From Candidatus Heimdallarchaeota archaeon (GTDB lineage: Archaea; Asgardarchaeota; Heimdallarchaeia; JABLTI01), in assembly GCA_018238155.1 (NCBI GenBank), contig JABCTZ010000032.1:96001-160000 (forward strand): a DNA stretch of 64,000 nt. The letters are read 5' to 3'. This document shows, piece by piece, positions 8,539-16,259 of this stretch. The position numbers were made by a program, and so were the translations under genes. Every line of letters starts with the position of its first letter. The stretch's first letter is position 1. The notes below the pieces were generated by a model that saw only the letters and a program-made list of their open reading frames with translations, searched no databases and had not been told where the DNA came from.

Positions 8539-11010
8539 ATGGTGCAAATTTCAATGGCATTCTCGGATATCTTTAATTTTAGCTTATGGTTTGATGCTGA
8601 TCACTATCAGTATACTTTGGGTTACATTTTGGCAATTCTATGTGGAATAATTATGTTAACAGAACTGTACACTATTATCACTCAAAAAACTGAACCCGAT
8701 TTATTGATGTTATTATTGGGTGGAGTTATTGGTGGTGTCGTTCAAGGATTAACTGGTGATTTATTATTATCTATTCTTTCAGCATTGTGTTGGTTAATGA
8801 TATTTTCAGTTTACACAATTCGCGAAAGCCCTGTCTGGCGTGAACTCATGCTTGCTTCGTTGATATCATATCTTGTAGTTTTAGGTGGAAGAATAATCCA
8901 AATTGTTTTAGAATGGCATGCAAGAGTAATTCTGAATTTTACAACACCAGAAGAAGTGCCATATTGGGGTTTAACCGGTCAACAGTGGTTTGGCATTGCT
9001 TGGAATGTTTTTATTTATGTTTTCTTTTTACTCTGCATCATATTCTTCGGAAGAAGATTCTTCCTCGTTTCTCGTTTAACTTCTCCACAAATTATCTATT
9101 TGATGTTCTTTGCATTATCTTATCTGGTTCTTTACAACTTTACAGATTTTCTCAATGTAACATACCCTGGTGTGCCGGAAGCTATTGGCGAACGGGTTCT
9201 TTTCGCATCATTTGGAACATATGAAATAATGATAGTTGTGAATTTTCTCTTGTATCTTGTTTCTGGACCTCTCCTAAATTTCGTTTTTGGTGTTAAAAAA
9301 GTTGAAGATAAACGTGTGTTAGGTCTAGTTCAGGAAGTAAAAGAAAAATTAGGGATAAAAAGTAAAATTCGTGTTGGAAAAGTAAAAGCACCTATACTTA
9401 ATGCCTTTGCTTTTGGAGCATTTTTTGATAAAAGAATTGCTTTTATGTCTCGAGACCTTTCAGATTTCACTGATGATGATATTCGAGGGATAGCAGGTCA
9501 TGAGCTTGTACATGCACAAAGAGTTCATACTCTTTGGTTATTTCTACTTACAACAGTGACATTTGCAATTACTAAAGCACTAAAACTTCCTGCAACAACG
9601 CTCGATTATATCTTCGATCCAAATGTAGGATTAGATTTTCTATGGTATTATCTGTACAATATTGTAATACTTGTGTTCTCATACCTATTTGTACGAATAT
9701 TGGAAGGTAGAGCCGATCTCCTTACAATGAGAGCCGGTTACGGAAAAGCTTTAGCAAAGTCTCTTGTGAAATTGGATGGATTCTATCAAGGAATTGCCAG
9801 TGAAATGGGTTTAAGTGTATACCTCTTAACTGATAAGGAGCAAACGAAAGCTGAAAAAATCAGATTCTTAGGTGATGCAGGTCGAAATATGTATGATATT
9901 ACAATTAAACCAAATAAGATGGACTTGCTAATCAACCTAATGGCAAGTCATCCTAAATCTGCTTACAGAGTTGTTGCTTTAACAGATCAAGAAAAATTAC
10001 CTCCAGTAAAAGCTGCTATGTTACCATTATTATTGTTAATACCATTTGTAAGAAGAAAATTCTTGAAGGAACTTCAAGAATCTAGAAGCGGTATTGCAGA
10101 ATTAATTGATCAAGCATTCATCGAAGCTTATGGTAAAAAAGCACCAAAACAATATGATGAAGTATCACACAAAACGTATCAATATAAATTCATTAAAGGG
10201 AAAAACATTGTAGCAGTTTCAAAGTTAAATAAAAAAGACTATCTTCAAGGTAAAGTTGTGAAATTAAAAATTTCATCAAACATTACAACATTGGTCGTTT
10301 TAGAAATTTCCACTGCTGAAGGTAAGAAGGAGATTACTCTAAGTGATTATAATATCTTTGAAATGGAAGAAGGACAAAAACAACTTTTCAAAGATGGTAA
10401 ATTTGGTATCATTAAACAATTAGGAACAGGTGAGAAAAATTTTGCTTTCAAAGCTCAAATGCTTGGAGACGAGAGTGAAATAAAGGAAATGTCTGTTTCA
10501 GGTGTACCAATTGACTATTTTGAAAATATGATTGGTAAAGATGTTCTGTTCCTTCAAAAAGGCGTTACAAGATCTGCTCGATTGGATAATATTGAATTTT
10601 CAGATGAAGGTTTAGCTGAAAGTAATTTTACTATTTCCATAGGCAATGAAACGAAAGTTATAAGCGGAAAAAGCTTCATCATAGAATTCAAACCTTTTGC
10701 GGTTTACCTAAAGAAAGGAAAAGCAAAACAACAAAGGTCAATGTTTGACTCCCTCAAAGGAAAGCAAATTTCATTTCAAACAAAAGATGATCTCGATACT
10801 TTGCTGAAAGGTAAATTAGTTGAAGTAAAAGAAGATTCTGTTATGGTTAAAACCATTAATGAAACACAAGAAGTTTTTATTGAGAGAATTGAATTCATCT
10901 ATTCTTACGAGGATACTATGCTCTTGATATACAAACCAAATCTATCTTTTGTAGAAAGGATAATGATGTTTTTCCAAAATAGAAAGAAATTGGCTTATAT
11001 AATTTCTTAA
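8539..11010 (+). CDS. Polytopic M48 (HtpX/Ste24-like) zinc metalloprotease with a C-terminal beta-barrel extension
   Basis: Several N-terminal hydrophobic helices, NAFA, HELVH (HExxH), EGRAD and SHP..AYRV, followed by about 270 aa of beta-rich soluble tail. Confidence 0.75.
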   Translation: MVQISMAFSDIFNFSLWFDADHYQYTLGYILAILCGIIMLTELYTIITQKTEPDLLMLLLGGVIGGVVQGLTGDLLLSILSALCWLMIFSVYTIRESPVWRELMLASLISYLVVLGGRIIQIVLEWHARVILNFTTPEEVPYWGLTGQQWFGIAWNVFIYVFFLLCIIFFGRRFFLVSRLTSPQIIYLMFFALSYLVLYNFTDFLNVTYPGVPEAIGERVLFASFGTYEIMIVVNFLLYLVSGPLLNFVFGVKKVEDKRVLGLVQEVKEKLGIKSKIRVGKVKAPILNAFAFGAFFDKRIAFMSRDLSDFTDDDIRGIAGHELVHAQRVHTLWLFLLTTVTFAITKALKLPATTLDYIFDPNVGLDFLWYYLYNIVILVFSYLFVRILEGRADLLTMRAGYGKALAKSLVKLDGFYQGIASEMGLSVYLLTDKEQTKAEKIRFLGDAGRNMYDITIKPNKMDLLINLMASHPKSAYRVVALTDQEKLPPVKAAMLPLLLLIPFVRRKFLKELQESRSGIAELIDQAFIEAYGKKAPKQYDEVSHKTYQYKFIKGKNIVAVSKLNKKDYLQGKVVKLKISSNITTLVVLEISTAEGKKEITLSDYNIFEMEEGQKQLFKDGKFGIIKQLGTGEKNFAFKAQMLGDESEIKEMSVSGVPIDYFENMIGKDVLFLQKGVTRSARLDNIEFSDEGLAESNFTISIGNETKVISGKSFIIEFKPFAVYLKKGKAKQQRSMFDSLKGKQISFQTKDDLDTLLKGKLVEVKEDSVMVKTINETQEVFIERIEFIYSYEDTMLLIYKPNLSFVERIMMFFQNRKKLAYIIS

Positions 11011-11025
11011 TATTACTTAAAGAAA

Positions 11026-11049
11026 AACTTGGGAATTATTTCCCAGGTT
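11026..11049. terminator. Hairpin between convergent genes
   Basis: AACTTGGGAA-ttat-TTCCCAGGTT, a 10-bp stem with one G:U pair, flanked by A-rich and T-rich runs. Confidence 0.55.
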
Positions 11050-11098
11050 CTTTCATTTTTTACCTGATAGAAAAAATTATTGCTTAAGAAAATTATTT

Positions 11099-14023
11099 TC
11101 ATTTGAGAAGATTTTCAGCTATTTTTCTCTTCCATTGAGTGGGTATTTTTTGCCCAAATAACTTGTTTAGTGCTCTGTTTGCTTCAAATAGGAATAATTT
11201 TGCTTCCTCAAGCGTTGGTATATATGGTAATTCGCCTGGTTTTGTGTGTTTAATTTTCTGTGCCCAGAATCTATTCAAACTCTTTAGTTCAACATTGGCT
11301 GGCAAAGATATTTTTGAAGTATCGGCGGCTCGTAGAATTTTGCCTAATTCCTTAGATTCTACAACATCTTGGAAGCGAGGTAATTTCTCAATATCTGATA
11401 TTTCTTGAATTTCAAGAAGCAATTTCTGTTTTAAAATAGATTCTACTACACTACCGATATCAAAAACAACTCTTCGAGTATCGCCTTTAGAGATATCTTC
11501 CACACTAGTTACTATCATTTCTTTCAATTGATCTGGTAAATTTTTCATACTGAGGAAAAGATCTTTTGTGAAAAATGTACCTTCAAGTTGATTTGTTTGT
11601 ATTAATTTTTCAATTAATATTCGAATCTCTTCTTTATCTTTAATTGTATATTCCTTAGCAAATTTTTCTAGATTTATACTACCTGCATTAGTTATTATTC
11701 TAGCAAGTAAGTCAAATACTACAAAATTATCTTCGTTTATGAATTCTCCCTTTACATACCCTTCTTCAGAAATCTTCTCAAAAATAATTCTAGTACTTTC
11801 CTCTGTAGTGTCATAAGATTTAGAGATTTCTTTTAATGATATTATCGGTGTTCTTTCTGCAACTTCAACCATTTCAGAAATTAAGTCTTCGGAAATTGAT
11901 AATAGCAATGAAGATCTATCCATATGTATTGGTGCAGGAATTTCTTTCCGCTCAACAAGATCTTTAAGAATCAATTTTAATGTTTTAATTTCAATATTAG
12001 TATCTTCTGCAAGGTTAGCCACTTTAACTTGTTTAATCTTCTTTAGATGCATTGCTCCTACTCTTTTCCAATAGGCTTGTCTAACTATTTCGCGTGCATA
12101 ATCTTTTGTAAGAATGAAATTCTTTGATTTATCCATAACATATCTATCATTAAGTAAAGGAATTGACTCAATGTAAGTAATTAACCGTTCCTCTGATAAC
12201 CATAACAATGAGATAATATCAGAAACTTTTGCTTTTTGTGTAGTTTTACTGGACTTTGATAGTTGTCTTCGAATTGTACTATCAATTATATTTGCTAAAT
12301 CATCATTGACTTCATGAAGTTTCTCTAATCGATTTCCAAAATCAGATTTTTCTTCTCGGAGTTTAGTTAGTACTTTTGTTTTTGATTTTTGGTCTTCTTC
12401 CAATCGATGGATTGTTTCAAGATCCTTTGCTCTCTTCGAATCTTTTTGAATTAGCTCTTCTCGATGAGTATTAATAGTTTCATCTCTAACTTTCAAAGCA
12501 TACTTGAGCGCTTTAACAGTTTCACCTTTTTCTTCATTACTAAAATATTTATCAAGTCTATTAGAAACCCAAGGAATTCTTTTTTCGGTAAAGAAATACA
12601 GAACAAATATTAGAATTATTATCATGAATATTGGTACTAAAACTGCTGAAATAATGGTTGGTATTAATTTATCCAATTCTATAATGGGAGTTGTTATTTG
12701 AGGGTTTATTAGTTGTACTCCAACTAATAATTGATAGTCTCCTTCTGCAAAATCATCTTCATCATAGTCACCAATAAAAGTGATAGAGATATAATAGGTA
12801 CCATTTTTTATCTCAATGAATGGAATTTTTTCTGCAGCACCATTGAGCACTCGTTTAGATTCGTCGATTTTAGTTTTTTCAGAGTCAAAGAGAGTTAAAT
12901 CAAAATTATGATCCTCTGGAACTTCGAGGAAAGCATAGAAGGTAGATGCACCAAAGACTGAGAAGGTGTAAAAGTCAATTTGGTCACCATTCCAAAATAA
13001 ACTACCATTAATTTCAATACTTGACAGAGGAGTAATAAATTCGGCTTCCTCTGCGGAATTACCAGCATCAATGCCATTGTTAGCATCATTTTGTGAATCT
13101 AATATAATTGATAAATTATAAGAAATAATATCAAAAAGATTAAGTGTGTCTATTAATTGTATTCCAATTTTGTATTCTCCTTCTAGAGAAATTGCCCAAG
13201 ATATTTTATCAATGAAACCTGATGTGTGTGTGGATTTACTAAGTTCTTGATTATTAATATCATAGAGAAAAACATCTACATTTGAAGTGTTTAATGATTC
13301 AAGAAGAACCGTGATTTTTTGTCCAGAAGTTATGGAAATCGAATAGAAATCAGAAGTATCACTGCCTTCAACAAGTGTCCCATTTGAAACTCCTTGAGTT
13401 ATAAGTAATGGAGAGCTTAAGTGAGCTGGCGCATCATGATTTGAATTAAAATCATTTTGTGTGATGAAGTACAACGAAAAACTATAGTTGCCAACTTGAT
13501 CGAAACTGGCCGGAATTATTGAAATCGAATAATTATCTGCTGATGCAGTGGAATAGAAAATAGTTTCTTTTATTCCTGCTCCTTTGAGGTTTTGAGGGAG
13601 CGGAACAAAATTACCATCGTATAATTTCAAATCGAAATTCATTGAGAGATTTAGTGGAATCATAGACACATCGATTATTGAACCTGCCTCTACTTCAAAA
13701 GTATAATAATCCTCATCACTAGTAACAAGTGATCCATTATAATCTCCAATAGTTATTGGAGTAGCAAGCGGAAGAGAATTGCCAGCATCTCCACCTGTGC
13801 TAGCATCATCTTCATCCCAATTTGGCGTTAGCAAACTTTCTCTAAAAGTAATAGATTTTAGTGAAATTGAATCAGATATTTTTGTATAGTCTTCATTGAA
13901 ATTATTGTCTTGAATACCAATTACACTAAGAGATAATACTGAAATAACAAAAATTATTACTACAAGTTTTATAATATTTTTATTTCTCAATTTGGGTGAC
14001 TCACGACATCTTTCTGATTTCAA
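11099..14023 (-). CDS. Single-pass membrane protein: 3 extracellular PPC-like repeats, TM helix, coiled coil, tandem winged-helix (PCI-like) repeats, C-terminal HEPN-like helical domain
   Basis: N-terminal hydrophobic signal; three (D/N)D-x5-DA...D(Y/F)Y...D-x3-(Y/F)D repeats; TM IISAVLVPIFMIIILIFVLYFF; heptad-rich segment; four wH-like units; helical C-terminal domain. Confidence 0.65.
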   Translation of the reverse strand: MKSERCRESPKLRNKNIIKLVVIIFVISVLSLSVIGIQDNNFNEDYTKISDSISLKSITFRESLLTPNWDEDDASTGGDAGNSLPLATPITIGDYNGSLVTSDEDYYTFEVEAGSIIDVSMIPLNLSMNFDLKLYDGNFVPLPQNLKGAGIKETIFYSTASADNYSISIIPASFDQVGNYSFSLYFITQNDFNSNHDAPAHLSSPLLITQGVSNGTLVEGSDTSDFYSISITSGQKITVLLESLNTSNVDVFLYDINNQELSKSTHTSGFIDKISWAISLEGEYKIGIQLIDTLNLFDIISYNLSIILDSQNDANNGIDAGNSAEEAEFITPLSSIEINGSLFWNGDQIDFYTFSVFGASTFYAFLEVPEDHNFDLTLFDSEKTKIDESKRVLNGAAEKIPFIEIKNGTYYISITFIGDYDEDDFAEGDYQLLVGVQLINPQITTPIIELDKLIPTIISAVLVPIFMIIILIFVLYFFTEKRIPWVSNRLDKYFSNEEKGETVKALKYALKVRDETINTHREELIQKDSKRAKDLETIHRLEEDQKSKTKVLTKLREEKSDFGNRLEKLHEVNDDLANIIDSTIRRQLSKSSKTTQKAKVSDIISLLWLSEERLITYIESIPLLNDRYVMDKSKNFILTKDYAREIVRQAYWKRVGAMHLKKIKQVKVANLAEDTNIEIKTLKLILKDLVERKEIPAPIHMDRSSLLLSISEDLISEMVEVAERTPIISLKEISKSYDTTEESTRIIFEKISEEGYVKGEFINEDNFVVFDLLARIITNAGSINLEKFAKEYTIKDKEEIRILIEKLIQTNQLEGTFFTKDLFLSMKNLPDQLKEMIVTSVEDISKGDTRRVVFDIGSVVESILKQKLLLEIQEISDIEKLPRFQDVVESKELGKILRAADTSKISLPANVELKSLNRFWAQKIKHTKPGELPYIPTLEEAKLFLFEANRALNKLFGQKIPTQWKRKIAENLLK

Positions 14024-14261
14024 AAACTAACTTTTTCTCTCTTCTTTTATAAGCTTAAAGAATTACTTTTAAATGCTTGTTGTGACTCTGTAAAGTACAA
14101 TACTTCATAATATACGTTATGGTACAATGATATTTTGTTATAAAAGGATAAAAATTTATCTTACTAAAAGTGAAATTAGAAATATACTACAAAATAACAA
14201 ACCAAAAAAACTTTAATGCTGAAGTTAAGTAAATAAACAAAAAATGAAAGAGTGAATAAAA

Positions 14262-14687
14262 ATGTCTACACGCCCAACAGATGCAAATTCCATCAAAAGA
14301 GGTAGTTATATTATTGTTGATGATGAACCTTGTGTGGTCTTAGATTTGAGCCATTCTAAAACAGGTAAACATGGTCACGCGAAGATAAGAATGGAAGTTA
14401 TTGGTTTATTTGACAAGAAGAAACGATCACCAGTTATGCCTTCTACACATAAAGTTCAAGTACCAATAATTGATAAACGAAATGCTCAAGTAATTACAAC
14501 TGAAGGTGATGAAATATCTGTAATGGACAAAGAATCATTTGAAACATTATCCATTCCAAAACCTTCACAAGATGAGCATATTGCTAAACTAAAAGAAATT
14601 ACCTCTGCAGGTAAAATAGCTGAAATAGAATATTGGATAGTTATGAATAGATTTCTAGTTAATAGAGTACGAGAAATAGAATTATAG
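14262..14687 (+). CDS. eif5a: Translation factor aIF5A/eIF5A
   Basis: Hypusine loop SKTGKHGHAK and VPIIDKR. Confidence 0.96.
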   Translation: MSTRPTDANSIKRGSYIIVDDEPCVVLDLSHSKTGKHGHAKIRMEVIGLFDKKKRSPVMPSTHKVQVPIIDKRNAQVITTEGDEISVMDKESFETLSIPKPSQDEHIAKLKEITSAGKIAEIEYWIVMNRFLVNRVREIEL

Positions 14688-14692
14688 TAAAA

Positions 14693-14714
14693 GTAGGTCG
14701 AAGAATCGACCTAT
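14693..14714. terminator. Hairpin between convergent genes
   Basis: GTAGGTCGA-agaa-TCGACCTAT, followed shortly by a T tract. Confidence 0.6.
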
Positions 14715-14729
14715 CTGTTACTTCTTTTT

Positions 14730-15185
14730 TTATTTAATGTTATTTATCTCAACTTTAATAACATTTGGAATTTCTTCAAGTTCGGAAATAACATTTTCCC
14801 TAGATAACTTAATTGATGATTTCATGACTAATCCATCCCAGAAGCAATCTGATTTTGCAATACAAACACCTGTTGAATAGATAATTTCAGAAACAATTTT
14901 ATTTAGCTTTGCTAATATTTTTCCACTTGTTTGTGGACTCACGCTATCAATTACTATTTTAATCCACCAAATTTCCTCATCATTCACAGGGAAAAAACGC
15001 AACATTCTACTTTTCTTAGAATAAACTGTTAAGAAAACATCTCCTGATTTTTTCAAGTCATTGCGTACGGCTTTAGGCAGTATTACTGAGTCACTCGCTA
15101 CATCAATTTTAACTTTATTACATTCAATAATATTCACTGTGATTCCTCGCTTCTTTTGCATTCCTTTAATTTGACCATTAGTCAA
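14730..15185 (-). CDS. Hypothetical protein, possibly an AbrB-like N-terminus plus ACT-like domain regulator
   Basis: ILPKAVRNDL resembles the AbrB IPK-x2-R motif; the C-terminus ELEEIPNVIKVEI is typical of ACT-domain ends. Confidence 0.4.
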   Translation of the reverse strand: MTNGQIKGMQKKRGITVNIIECNKVKIDVASDSVILPKAVRNDLKKSGDVFLTVYSKKSRMLRFFPVNDEEIWWIKIVIDSVSPQTSGKILAKLNKIVSEIIYSTGVCIAKSDCFWDGLVMKSSIKLSRENVISELEEIPNVIKVEINNIK

Positions 15186-15327
15186 TATTTTAATAAAATA
15201 CTGATTGAGGTAATAACTGTTATGATTAAGGAATTTCCTTTATAAAAATAGTATTAACTATCCACAAAAGCAAAATTAAATAATGAATCCATATAATGTG
15301 TAATATAGATTACATGGATGTTAAAAT

Positions 15328-16197
15328 ATGGCGATAGAAAATGTTTGGATAATAGATAGTTCAAGTGGAATTTGTATCTATGATTGGTATGCTAGACAAC
15401 AAGATAAAAATATTGATGAACAACTTGTTTCAGGGTTATTAATAGCCTTTAAAAATTTTTCAAGTGAAGCTGGTCTTGTAGATATTTCTGCAATTGAAGG
15501 TATTGACAAAAAACTTGCCTACAAAACAGATGAGCAGTTTATCATTGCCGGTGTTTGCCACACCAAAGATTATGAAGCATTAGTTGATAGAACTTTCTTG
15601 GGATTATTGAAACAATTCAGGGAGAAGTATAAGGATTTGTTAGATAGTGGTATGACAACCGATGTGTCACCATTTAGAACATTTGATGAAGAGGTTAAAG
15701 AAGCACTAATAGATGTCTCATCCTCGAGAAATATTATAACCATGGTATCTGGAGTAATCACTTCTTTATTTATAGCTGGTTTAATATTTACTGGTTATTT
15801 CTTTGCTATTACGCCACTTCAAAGTGTTGTGGATCCTGGTGTTGCAAATATTATTGGTTTATTTCTTCTTCTAATTGGAATGATGATCGCAGGATTTGCG
15901 GGTGGGTTAGTTGCTGGCGATAGGAAGCTTGGCATAATCGCTTCTGTTCTTTCAACATTGCCAATACTTGGTTTAATGATAGGGTCGTTCAGTCCTTCAT
16001 GGAACGATGTTGGTGGTATTACATCAATAGTATTCTATTCATTACTCTATTTTCTACTCTTTGGTGCATTGTCTGCCGTTGGTGGTATGTTAGGTGGTTA
16101 TATTAAGGAAAGTAAGTTCTTCTTTCCTCCTACCGAATCTGATGAAGATGACAATGAAGAGGATGAAGAAGAGGAAAAATATGAAGAATTTGATTAA
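15328..16197 (+). CDS. Longin-like N-terminal domain fused to about 4 TM helices, with an acidic tail
   Basis: WIIDSSSGICIY...DEQLVSGLLIAFKNFSSE pattern typical of longin/sigma-adaptin-like domains; hydrophobic C-terminal half; D/E tail. Confidence 0.6.
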   Translation: MAIENVWIIDSSSGICIYDWYARQQDKNIDEQLVSGLLIAFKNFSSEAGLVDISAIEGIDKKLAYKTDEQFIIAGVCHTKDYEALVDRTFLGLLKQFREKYKDLLDSGMTTDVSPFRTFDEEVKEALIDVSSSRNIITMVSGVITSLFIAGLIFTGYFFAITPLQSVVDPGVANIIGLFLLLIGMMIAGFAGGLVAGDRKLGIIASVLSTLPILGLMIGSFSPSWNDVGGITSIVFYSLLYFLLFGALSAVGGMLGGYIKESKFFFPPTESDEDDNEEDEEEEKYEEFD

Positions 16198-16259
16198 AAC
16201 AATTAATCATTTTTATAAAAATAAAACAAAGAGAAGAAGAAAATTCTTCTTCCATTTTT

